Shown here: one piece after another, positions 37,701 through 49,612 of the stretch
Layout of the letters: each line of letters begins with the position of its first letter
How positions within the stretch are numbered: the first letter of the stretch is position 1
NCBI RefSeq assembly: GCF_030144855.1
Contig: NC_082726.1
Location: forward strand, 31,682,001-31,746,000
Direction of reading: 5' to 3'
Length of the DNA: 64,000 nt
DNA from: Hypanus sabinus
Taxonomy: Eukaryota
Notes under the pieces: generated by a model
What the model was told of the DNA's origin: nothing
The model's database searches: none
Seen by the model: the letters and a program-made list of their open reading frames with translations, nothing else
Program-made: the position numbers and the translations under genes

Positions 37701-38393
37701 GGCCCTGACGTTTCCTGAGAACTGGCAGGGTGGGTGACAACGGCAGGCTTCTGTGCCCCATCGCTGGTGGTAGAAACACCATTGTTCGTTGGGCTACTCA
37801 CCCCTGCCTCTGGGGTTAACGGGCTCTGCGGCCGGGCCTGGACTGGTTTGCTGCTGGGAGCGTGGCCTGGTGATCTGCGCGATGGACGCCCCACTCACCT
37901 TCTTGGCGCTCCACAGCAAGTCCGCCCGGGCTGCCACCTTCCGGGGGTCGCTGAAATCCGCGTCGGACAGCAGCAGGCATATGTCCTCGGGCAGCTGCAC
38001 CAGGAATGCCTGCTCAAACATGAGGCAGGGTGTGTGTCTGTCGGCTAGAGACAACATCTCATTCATTAAAGCCGATGGAGGTCTGTCTCCCAAGCCATCC
38101 AGGTGCAGTAAACGGGCAGCACGCTCGCACCATGAGAGTCCGAAAGTCCTTAGGAGCAGGGCCTTGAATTCCGTGTACTTGCCGTCCGCTGGGGGAGACT
38201 GTACGAACTCCGCGACCTGGGCTGCTGTGACCTGGTCGAGGGAGCTCACCACGTAGTAGTAACGGGTGTCCTCTGAGGTTATCTGCCGAACATGGAATTG
38301 GGCTTCTGCTTGCTGGAACCATAGGTGAGGTCGCAGCGCCCAGAAGCTTGGCAGTTTCAACGAAACTGCATGAACAGATGCAACGTCATTCAT
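37689..38393 (-). pseudogene. gag: gag (MNDVASVHAVSLKLPSFW...CFYHQRWGTEACRCHPPC) with premature stop
   Basis: ATG at 38393, in-frame TAG at 37794-37796, CX2HX9CX3C motif downstream, TGA at 37689-37691. Confidence 0.85.
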
Positions 38394-38433
38394 CTCTGGT
38401 CCAAAAATCGTTTGGACCGTTGGGGTCACCAAT

Positions 38434-38691
38434 TGTAGCGGTGTGCTACACACAGCGCTAAAATAACGACACGCAGTCGGTAAACTGCAATTAAAGATGA
38501 TTTTATTCGAACTTCCCAGCCTTGCTTTTAAAGCCTCCCTCATCCTGCCCTCCCCGGGCGCGGATGCTCTAAGGGACACGTACTTACAAACCCCCGCAGG
38601 CTTCTTTCCCTTTGTTGCGGACCTGGCCTTTGTGCCTGCACGCTGGCTATTTGTGAGCCGGTTCGACTACACTAGGAAGTGGGTTGCCACA
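38434..38691 (-). repeat. 5' LTR (258 bp) of CsRn1-like Gypsy
   Basis: Direct repeat of 34557-34797, followed on the minus strand by the PBS. Confidence 0.95.
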
Positions 38692-40959
38692 GTATGTTAT
38701 TAAGTCAGAAAGGATGCAGAAAAGAATCACAAGATCATAAAACATAGGAGCATAATTGGGCCCATTGTGTATGCTCAGTCATTGCATCACGGCTGATTTA
38801 TTATCCCTCTCAACCTCATTCTGCTGCCTTCTTCCCATAACTTCTGACACCCTGACTAGTCAAGAACTTATCAACCTCCGCTTTAAATATGCCTGATGAC
38901 TTGGCCTCCACAGCCATCTTTGGTAATGAATTCCAAAGATTCACCACTCTCTGGCTAAAGAAAATCTCTCATCTCTGTTCTAAAGGGACAAACATGTACT
39001 CTGAGGTTGTGCCTTCTTGTCCTCGACTTCTCCACTATAGGAAAACTCTTCTCCACATCAATATTTTTTGGTTTCATCCCCCCTCATTCTTCTAAACTCC
39101 AGCAAAAACAGGCCCAGATCCTTCAAACACTCCTAATGCATTAATCCTTTCATTCCTAAGCTCATTCTTATGAACCTCCTCTGGACTGTCTCCAATGTTA
39201 ACATACCCTTACTAGGATAAGGGGCCCTAAACTGCTCACAATACTGCTTGCTGTATCCTAGTCCTCTCAAAATGAATGCTAATATTATATTTGCCTTCAT
39301 TACCATGGTCTCAACCTGCAAATTAGCCTTTTGGAAATTCTGCACAAATTTAGAAAATAGCCTACATCTTTATTTCTTCTACAAAGTGCATGGCAATACA
39401 CTTCCCTGCACTATATTCTATCTGCCGGTTTTTTTTGGCTATTCTACTAATCTTTTTCCCAGGATAGGGGATTCTAAAACTAGATGTAAGGTGAAAATGG
39501 AAAGAGTCAAAAAGGGATTAGAGGGTTAAATTATTTTCATACAGTATGGTGGGTATTTGGAACGAGCTGCCAGAAGAGAGGGTAGAGGTGGGTACCATTG
39601 CAATGTTGAGAAGACTTTTGGACAGGTACATGGATAGAAAAGCCTTAAAGGGGTATGGGCTAAATGCAAGCAAAGGACTAGCTCAAACAGACATCTTGGT
39701 GGGCATGGACATGTTGGGCTGAAGGGCCTATTTTTCATCTAAAAAGGTTGATAATGTCATTCATGCTGTATAGATTGGTTCAAACTATCCTTACCACAGC
39801 CGACATTGTAATAATTATTCTTCACAAATCCTGGCAGCAAGCCACAAGAGTGATCCCAGGAATGAAAGGATTTATGTTCGAGGAGTGTTTGATCTGTAAT
39901 CAGTGGAGTTTAGAGGAATGGGGTGGAGGGAATCTCATTGAGACCTACCAAATATTGAATGGCCAAGATAAGTGGATGTGGAGAGTATAGGACCAGTGGG
40001 CAGAGAGTCAGAATACAAGGATGTCCCTTTAGAACAGATTTGAGGAGGAGTCTCTTTAGCTAGAAGGTGATGAATCTGTGGAATTCATTGCCACAGATGG
40101 TTGTGGAGGCCAAGTTATTGTGCATATTTAAAGTGGAAGTTTATAGGTTCTTGATTTGTAAAGGCATCAAAGGTTTTGGGGAGAAGGCTGCAGAACGGGG
40201 TTGAGAGGGACAATTATGTCCGGCATGATCAAATGACAAAGCAGATTTGATGGGCTGAACGACCTAAGAATGCTCCTATGTCTTATGATCTTATGACCAC
40301 ATGACTGTGAACTCTTTAGACTCTTATCAGGCCTACACTGCTCCGATAATGATTGCACATGGCCTTCAATAAGTTAATTACTATCTCATGATTTTTTATT
40401 ACCTGCTTGTCATACTCTTCCTGTACTTTCTTCGCCTCCCTTGAGGAACAGACCCCTTCTATAGATAAATACGAGAGGGGTCTCAGGTTCTTTTACCCAG
40501 AGAACTAAAGGTCACGAGATCAGAATCCGAATCAGATTTATTATCACTGGCCTACGACGTAAGATCAGTTGTTTTGCAGTGCAAGATATAAAAATTACAA
40601 CATTAAATAAATAGTGTTTTTTAAAAAAAGGGAAAACATGGTGGTGCCTATGGTCTGTTCATAGATCTGATTGTGGATGGGAAGAACTTGTTCCTAAATC
40701 ATTGATAATGGGTCTCTGGGCTCCTGTATCTCCTCCTTGATGGTGGGAACCAGATGGTGAGGATCCTTAATGATGGATGCTGCCTTCTTAAAGCATTGTC
40801 TTTTGAAGGTGCCCTTGATGTTGGGCAGCTTTGGTGCCCATGATGTAGCTGGGAGATCCCACTTGCTCTGGCCTCACCTGGAAGCTCTGTTAGAAGTCCT
40901 GACTGCTAGTGAGGGAGGAGGTGTAGGGACAGGTGAAACACTTATTCCACTTGCAAAGA

Positions 40960-41680
40960 TAAGTGCTTCCCGGCGACACTTCACCTGTGAGTCTCTTGGG
41001 GTCATATACTGCGTCCAGTGCTTCTGCTGTGACCTCCTGTATATCGATGAGATGGGATGTAGATTGGGAGACCACTTTGATGAGCATCTATGCTCTGCCC
41101 ACCAGAACAAGCGGGATTTCCTAGTGGCCACCCGTTTTAATTCCACTTCCCATTCCCATTCTGTTATGTCCATCCATGGCCTCCTCCACTATTTGAGTAA
41201 GGCCACACTTAGGTTGGAGGAACAACACTTTATGTTCCGTTTGGGTAGCCCCTGATGGTAACCTGATGGCATGAACATCGATTTCTCAAACTTCCAGTAA
41301 TGCCCACCACCCCCTTCACCATTTCCCATCCCTTTGTCCCTCTCTCGTGTTATCTCCTTGCCCACCCATCGCCTCCCTTTGGTGCTCCTCCATCCCCCTT
41401 TTTTTCTTTCTTCTATGGCCTTCTGTCTCTTTCACCAATCAACTTCCTAGCTCTTTGCTTCATCCCTCCCCACTCCGTTTCACCTATCGTCTGGTATTTC
41501 TCTCTCTCCTCCCCCCACCTTTCAAATCTACTCCTCAGCATTTTTTCTCCAGTCCTGCTGAAGAGTTTCAGTCCAAAATGTTGATTATTCATTTTTCCAT
41601 AGATGCTGTCTGGCCTGCTGAGTTCCTCCAGCATTTTGTGTGTATTGCTTGGATTTCCAGCAAATGCAGATTTTCTCTTG
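40960..41680 (+). mobile_element. Penelope-like element 3' fragment (GIY-YIG) and terminal repeat
   Basis: RRHFTCESLGVIYCVQCFCCDLLYIDEMGCRLGDHFDEH...VATRFNS...RLEEQHFMFRLG. Confidence 0.85.
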
Positions 41681-42309
41681 TTAGCGTGAAAAATCACTGC
41701 TTTTTAATTTGGCATCAGTCAGCCCAAATGCATTAATATAACACAGGCATCTGCAATTGACGCTATTTCAAAATTGTTCTCTTTAAGCAATGTATAGCAA
41801 CTACTGGCCACACAAATGCACACAACTGCCACTAGTTAAAAACTGTTGCAATGTCCAAATCTTCATTTTCATTGTAACATTCAAGATGATTGTTGATACC
41901 TTCAGATTCTTCATAGTCCCTAATTTGCTGAAGTAGTGGTATCCTCTCATTTTCACTTATGGCTATTTCTGGCATCCCCAAGCTTGAATGTTTGAAACCA
42001 GAGTGAGTAAAATGGTTCTGAATTGTATAACTACTTTTTCCTTGCCAGCTATCACTGACAAATTGCTGCTTTTTGAGCACAAACACAAAACTGATACTAT
42101 TTGAAAGCAGTTCACTCCAAGCACTATAGTGTTTAATGGCTACTCAAGTGCACATGACTGATGTTAAAGAGAAACTGTTCAGCAAGTCTCCTGTCCCAAT
42201 AAAGTGGCATAGTATCCCAAATAAACAAAAGAAATTCTGGCTGGTTTCTGGATTCATTTTTGTTCTTTAAGAGTTGTCCCAAAGAAGCTGCTGCCTTAAT
42301 TATTTGGAG

Positions 42310-44610
42310 ATGTCCAGGATGCTGAGGAGGCTAGTGCCCATGGAGCTTTTGCAATCCTGTGCAGTGGCCCCTCCATACCAGACTGTAAAGCAACCAGTTA
42401 GAATGTTCTCCACAGTATGTCTGTGGAAATTAGTGAGAGTCTTTGGTGACATATCAAGTCTCCTCAAACTCCCAGTGAAATATAGTCATTGTTGTGCCCT
42501 TCTTTGTAATTGCATCAATATGTTAGGCCCAGGATAAATCTTTAGAGATGCTGACACCCAGGAACTTGAAACAGCTCACCCTTGAAAGGGATCACTGCTG
42601 ATCCCTCAATGAGGACTGATGTGTGTTCCCGCAACTTCCCTTTCCTGAAGTCCACAATCAATTCCTTGGACTTATTGGTGTTGACAGCAAGATTGTTGTT
42701 GTGACACCACATAACCAGTTGATCTATCTGTATGTCTCCTTGTCAGCCATCTGAAATGCTGCCAACAACAGTTGTGTCATTGCCAAACTTATAGATGGTA
42801 TTGAAGCTGTGCCTCGCCACACAATCGTGATTGTGGAGATAGTATAGCAGTGGGCTGGGCATGCATCCTCAAAGTGTGCCAGTGTTGATAGTCAGTAAGG
42901 AGGAGATGTTCTTTGCAATTGGCACTGACTATGGTTTCCCTGAGAGGAAGTCATTGATCCATTTACAAAGGGAGGTGGAGAGGCCCAGGTTTTGGAGCTT
43001 GTTGATTAATACTGGAGACATGATGGTGTTGAACACTGAGCTGCAATCAATAAATGGCAGTTTTTAAACAATAATAAACAGTAGGTATTGCTATTGTTCC
43101 GGTGATCTAAGGTCGAGTGGGTAGCAACAGAGACTGCATCTGCCATAGACTTATTGCGGCAATAGGCAGATTGCAGAGGGTCCAGGTCCTTGCTTAAGCA
43201 AAGTCAATTCTGGCCATGACCAAAGCACTTTATCACGTTAGATGCAAGTGCAACCTGGCAATAGTTGTTGAGGTAGCTCATACTGCTCTTTTTGGGCACT
43301 GGCATGGCTATTACCTTTTTGAAGCAGGAGGGAATCTCTGACAGCACCAGAGAGCGATTGAAGATGTCCTTAAGGACTCCCACCAGTTGGTTGGCACGGG
43401 TTTTCAGAGCCCCACCAGGTACACCATCAGAGCCTGATGCCTTGCAGAGGTTCAACCTCTTGAATAATGTTCTGACGTCAGCCTCCAAGACAGATCTCAG
43501 AGTCACCAGATGCTGCAAAGATTTGCACAGGTGTAGTTTTATTCTGCCTTTCAAAATGTGCAACTGGGAGTGAAGCATCACAGACTTTCATGATCTTAGC
43601 TTTTGCTTTGTAGGAATTAATGACCTGCAAAACTTCCCAGAGCTCGTGTATCCGATTCTATCTCTAACCTCAATCAAAATTGTTTTCTCACCCTTAAAAT
43701 AGCCTTCCATAGGTCATATGCCCTTTTCTTATGCATTTATGGATCACCGGTCTTGAATGCCATAGACCTAGCCCTCAGCAGATGAAAAATCTCCCGGTTC
43801 ATTCCTGCCTTTTGGTTGGGATTTGTCCAGCACGTTCTCAAAAGCACACACTCTTCCACACAGGTCTTGATGAAGTTGGTGACAACTGTGGCATATTCAT
43901 TCAGTTTCTAAGATGAATGCCTGAATGTTGACCAGCCTACCAACTAAAAGCAGTCCTGCATGCACACCTCCAGCTCCCTTGTCTATACTTTCTTGGTCCT
44001 CACCTCTCTGCCTACACATTGGAAGTAGAAGTACAACCAGATAATTGGACATTCAAAGTGTAAGCTTGAGATGGCACAATAAGCACTCTTGATTGTGCTA
44101 TAATAATTGTCAAGCACGTTGGCTCCTCTAGTTCCACAGGTGATATGCTGGTGGTGGTTGTTCAGAGACCCCTTCAAGCTGGCCTAGTTGAAATCCCCTG
44201 CAGTGACAGGGAAGGCATAGGGTGCACTGTTTAGTGACTGCTGGTCATAGTGCTCAACTTCTCCAGCGCCTGCCTGACATTGGCCAGAGGTGGAATGTAC
44301 ACCACTACCAGGATGAATGGGGAAAGTGGACGAGACTTGACCACTAGATGTTTCAGGTCAGGTGAGCAGGACTGAGTCAAACCCGTCATGTCTGTACCAC
44401 AATGAATTAATCATGAAGCAGACTCCACCTCCTCTACCCTTAAAAGACTCATCATGCCTGTCTTTACAGTGAATGACGAAGCCCTCGAGCTGCAGTGCTA
44501 CTTCTGAAATGGCAGGGGTGAGCCATGTTTCCATGAAGCAAAAAGTACCAAGCAATTCTTGATATCCCTCTGGTACAGCAATCTTGCTCTGAGGTCTTCA
44601 ATTCTATTTT
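42310..44610 (-). mobile_element. Degenerate Rex1/Babar-like LINE ORF2 (endonuclease and RT)
   Basis: CFMETWLTP...RGGGVCFMIN (APE endonuclease); KASGSDGVPG.ALK..ANQL..V..DIFN.SL (RT N-terminus). Confidence 0.85.
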
Positions 44611-45889
44611 ACTGGGGTTCCTGCACTGACTCCCAAGTCCCTTTGCACCTCCAATTTCTTAATTTACTCCCCTTTATAAAATAGTCTACACTATTATTCC
44701 TTCTACCTATGTGCATGACCATGCATTTCCCTGCACAGTTTGCCATTTACCATTTGCCACTTCTTTGCCCATTTTACTTATCTGTCCAAGTCCTTTTGCA
44801 AACCACCTTCATCAACACTCTCTGCCCCTTCACCTATCTTTGTCTCATGCACAAACTTGGGCACAAAGACATCAATTGCATCATCCAGATCATTAACTAT
44901 CAAGTGAAAAGTAGCAAACCCGACAACAACCCATGTAGAACACAGTAGTCACTGGCAGCCAACCAGAAAAAGGGCTCTTTTATTCCCACTCTTCTTTCTG
45001 CCAGAAAGTCAACCTACTCTCCATTCAAGTATCTTTCATGTAACACGCAGCATGGGTTCATTGACCAGCAATCTCATGGGGCACCTTGTCAAAGGTCTTC
45101 AGAAAAGTCCATAAATATTTTTAAGGCAATTGTAGGTAAACACTCAAACTCATCTACTCTGTTAAACTAAGAAAGTATTTTATGGTGTGCCATTTAACCT
45201 GATTACTAAGTTTTAGATTTAGAGGAACATTAACCTATCTGTTTTCCCTGTCCCCCTTTAGAATGTTCTCTTCCAATATGAGACATCCATGACCTTGGCA
45301 CCAGGAAGACAACAAGCCATTCAGTAATCCTGCTCTCAGCTATAGAAGCCGCTGTCTGTCCCCTTGATAATAAATCCCCCATCTTATGAACGGTTCAGAG
45401 CCAACTGTGGTGTCACAAATTTGCCTGCTGCCACTGCTACATTCCTCTCTCCCCCCCCCCCCCCAATATCCCCAGTGGTATCAAAAATAAGGTACTTGAG
45501 TGGGGAGTAACTGGGGAGTAACTGGGGGCTCCTGCGTTAACTGCCCTTCCAGGTGGTCTCCTAACTCCTAGCTTTCTGTAGCTGTGGGTTGACCAACTCA
45601 CTAAACAAGTTATCTTCTGTATGTAAAAATAGGAGTGAATTAACAGTGTGTTAGGTTATTTTCAACAGCAGTGTTCAGAAAATCTGCTCATTCAGGACCA
45701 CCCAAGTTTTAAGCATGTCAGATTATCAGAGCTTCAATTCAAACCAGGAATTGTGCAAAAAAAAAAAATTGGAAATGTAGTAAGTATTAACGAGCCAGAC
45801 AGCTGTTGAGGAGAGAGAAATGGAGTAGGTGTTTGGTTTCCATGACTTCTTAGTAGAGTGGATGCACTAGGGAATAAAGTCCTAACCTA

Positions 45890-47251
45890 TTCAAACTTTC
45901 CCTATAATTCAGGTCCACAAGTCCTGACAACATCCTTGTAAATTTTCTCTGTACTGTCAATCTTATTGAGATCGATCCTATAGTTAGGTGACTACAACTG
46001 TATAGACTACTCCAGATTAGACCCCACCAATATCATATAAAACTTCAACACAATATTCCAACCCCTGTACTCAAACATTGATTTATGAAGGCTAATGTGC
46101 CAATAGTTTTCTTTACAACCCTACCTAACTGTGATGCGAATTCCAAGAAATTATTGATCTGTATTCCCAGATACCTCAGTGCCTTACAGCTCACCATGCA
46201 AGTCCTACTCTGGTTTGTCCTCCCAAAGTACAGCTCCTCACGCTTGTCTGCATTAAATTCCATCTGCCATTTTCCAGCCTGTTTTTCCTGCAGTTGTGGA
46301 TCCCACTGCAAGCTTTGATAGTCTACCACACCCAAAATCTTGGTGTCATTTACAAATTTGCTGATCCAATTAACCACATTATGATCTAGATCATTGATAT
46401 GGATGACAAACAACAGTGGACCCAGCAACATACAGACAGAGGGAACCATCTACTACAACTCTCTGGCTTTTCCCATGAAGCCAATCTCTAATCCAATTTA
46501 CTACTTCATCTTGAATGCCAACCAATTGAAACTTTGTTAACCAACCTCCTATCCAAAGCTCGTCAAATGCCCTGTCCACATGGACAGCATCTACTGCTTT
46601 GCCTTCATTCAATTTCCTGATAACTTCCTAAAAAACTTCACAAGATTGGTTAGCTGTGACATACCACACATAAAGCCATGTTGACTATCCCTAATCAGTC
46701 CCTGTCTATCCAAATCTGGTCCCTTAGAGTATCATCAAATAACTTACCCTCTACTAATGTCAGGCACACCAGCCTATAATTTTGTGGCTTATTCTTAGAG
46801 CCTTTCTTAAACAACGTAACAACGTTACCTATCCTTCAGTCTTTTGTGGTTAGAGGGGTTTTAACTATCTCTGCTAGGACCCCTCCAATTTATGCACTAA
46901 CATCCCAAAGGATCTGAGGAAATACCTTATCAGGCCCTGGGGATTTGCCTCAAGGCAACAAACTCCTCCTCCACTATAATCTGTATACAGCACATGACCT
47001 CACTTTGCCTCACTTCTACAGACTCCATGTCCGTATCCTGAGTAAACACAGGTGCAAAAAACCCATTTAAGATCTACCCAACTCTTTCAGCTCCATACAT
47101 AGATGATCACTCTGATCTTCCAGAGGACCAGTTTTGTCCCTTGCTATCTTGTTGTTCTTAAGATATCTATGGAACCCCTTGGATTCTCCTTCATCTTGTC
47201 TACTAGAGAACCTCATGCTTTTTTTAAGCCAGCCTGAATTTCTTCTTGAGT
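45890..47251 (-). mobile_element. CR1 LINE ORF2 fragment (continues at 54137-55090)
   Basis: LGPLLFVIHINDLD...ISKF.NDTK, WQMEFNADK, GKAVDAV, WIRDWL.GKSQRVVVDG. Confidence 0.85.
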
Positions 47252-48612
47252 AAATCGAAGCTTGTATGTGCCTGTCAGAATAAAAGGTAAAGATGATAAG
47301 TGCGGGCAACCTTGGTTCTCAAGAGATATTGAGGTAAGAAAAAAAGGAGGGGCATTGCAGGTACTGGCAGGTCAGAACAGATGAGCTGTTTATGGAGTAA
47401 TCCATAAGAGAACACACAGGAAATGCAAGAGAACACTTAAGAAAGAAATCAGGAGGGCTAAAAGAAAGCATGAAGTTGCCTTAGCAGGCAAGGTAAAGGA
47501 GAATTCTTCAGGATTCTATAGATATGTTAAGAGCAAAACAATTGCTAGAGACAAAATTGGCCCTCTGGGAGATCAGAATGGTAATCCATGCTTCAACCCA
47601 AAAGTGATGGGACGGATCTGAAATGAATTTTTTTCATCTGCATTCACTCAGGGGACAGGCACAAGTCTATAGAAGAGAGACAAAAACAGCATCAAGTTCA
47701 TGAGCCCTCTACAGATTACAGGTGAGGGGCTGTTAGCTGACCGAGACAAATTAGACTGGATAAAGCCCCAGGGCCTGACAAGGTCTTTGCTCAGCCCCTT
47801 ACGGGAGGCAAGTGCTGAAATTGCCAGGGACCTAGCAGAAATATTTAAGTGATCCTTAGTGCCGCGTGAGGTGCCAGAGGATTGGTGGATAGACAGTGTT
47901 GTTGCACTGTTTCAGAAAGGCTCTAAAAATAAACCAGGAAATGATAGACTGGTAAGCCCAACATCGGTAGTGGGAAAGTTATCGGAAGGTATTCTGAGGA
48001 ACCACATATATGAGTGTTTGGATAGACATGGACATTAAAGATCAGCAGCATGGTTTCATGGATGGTAGGTAGTGTCTAACCAACTTTATGGTGTTTTTTG
48101 AGGATGTTACCAGGAAAGATGACAGAGGCAAGACAGTGGATGTTGTCTATGTGGATCTTAGCAAGACATTTGACATCCATCGTTGTTTGTCATCTATATC
48201 AACAATCTGGATGATAATGTAGTTAACATGATCAGCAAATTTGTGGATGATGCCAAGATTTGGGGTGTAGTGGACAGCACAAAAGGCTGCCATGGCTTGT
48301 AGCAGGATTGGAATCAGCAGGAAAAATGGCAGATGGATTTAATGCAGACAAGAGCAAGTTCTTACACAGAGAACAGCAGGGCACTGAGGAGTGTAGAAGA
48401 CCAAAGGGATCTGGGACCATAGGTATGATCTGGGACCATAACCCTAATGCGGGGCATCACAGGTAGGAAGAATCATAAAGGAACCTTTTGGCACATTGGC
48501 CTTCATAAATCAAGCTATTGAGTACAGGAGATGGGATGTTATATTGATTTTATACAAGACATTTGTGGGGCCTAATTGGGAGCATTGTATGCAGTTTTGG
48601 TCACCTACCTAT

Positions 48613-49232
48613 TGTCATGGTGCACTTTTTGAGGACTGTTTCAGTTATTTATTTACGTAACAGATTTTCCCCCAAGCCATCGGACTACCAATCTACTGTT
48701 GTCTGCTGTGCCTATTGTCTTGTTTATTATTTATTGTAATGCCTGCACTGTTCTGTGTACTTTATGCAGTCCTGGCTAGGTCTGTAGTCCAGTGTAGTTT
48801 TTATATTGTTCATGTAGCTCCATGGTCCTGAAAAATGTTGTCTCGTTTTTACTGTGTACTTTACCAGCAGTTATGGTTGAAATGACTATAAAAAGTGACT
48901 TGACTTAACCCAAGAGCTGCAGACAACAGGCCCACAACTCAACTCAGGAGCAGAAAAACAGCAGGAACCCCAAGTTAGACATCAGAGTATCAAGTGAGCC
49001 TCTGAAGAGCAAGACCATTCATTCTCTCAGACACAATAATCCACCGAGGCACTGAATGGGAGACCTCTTTAAATAGAATCCAGGAACCATATACCAGCTA
49101 TGATTAACTTGGCAAGATTAAACTGAAAACATAAGGGTGTAACAACTCTAGTTAAGATATTGATTGGTAAATACAGGTCCTCAAAAGCCCTGGAAGCTCA
49201 GCACTCCATGGCAAACTGCAGGGCCTATGACA
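48613..49232. mobile_element. Probable solo LTR containing a Rex1-like 3' end (~48662-48906)
   Basis: TGTCAT...ATGACA termini and degenerate 5-bp TSD (CCTAT/GCTAC) within CR1 TCACCTACCTACAGG. The inner piece ends in a (GACTT)n tail like the 57401 copy. Confidence 0.6.
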
Positions 49233-49354
49233 GCTACAGGAAAGGTGTAAACAGGTTGAAAGAGTGCAGAGGAAAACTTACAAGGTTGTTGCAGCTCTGG
49301 AGGATCTGAGTTATAAGAAGAGATTGAATAGGTTAGGACTTTCTTCTTTGGAAG

Positions 49355-49567
49355 TGATGCACCATCAATAACTCACACTGAGACGTAAGGCGAGATATCG
49401 GCTTTTATTGACTGGAAGAAGGAACCAGGAGTGAGTGTCTATCATACAATGTCTTGGAGACTGAGGCCGAGCATCAGGCCGCAGATCTCCTTTATACAGG
49501 GGCCTGTGGGAGGAGCCACAGGAGCAGTCAGCAGGGGCGTGTCCCGACAGGCACATAGTTCACCACA
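49355..49567 (-). repeat. 3' LTR of Mag-like Gypsy
   Basis: Direct repeat of 53534-53746. Confidence 0.97.
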
Positions 49568-49612
49568 TTCACCCCCCCTTCGTTTGAAAAAGTCCTCATG
49601 TGGTGAAGTTTC

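Larger units (their letters stand above)
34557..38691 (-). mobile_element. Full-length, disabled Gypsy LTR retrotransposon (CsRn1-like)
   Basis: Two TG...CA LTRs, 4-bp TSD GTAT, tRNA-Trp-type PBS TGGTGACCCCAACG (38418-38431), G-run PPT beside the 3' LTR, Gag CHCC motif, RT YLDD, RNase H, integrase. Inserted into a CR1 fragment. Confidence 0.96.

Noticed and set aside
34785-38256. Long + strand ORFs (34785-35465, 36607-37461, 37789-38256 and similar ones at 50-53 kb)
   Set aside because: Antisense shadows of GC-rich gag/pol sequence with no recognisable domains.
41690-42300. Possible second Tigger-like fragment
   Set aside because: Some TCCCAA..AAG subterminal-like motifs, but I could not define TIRs or a TSD.
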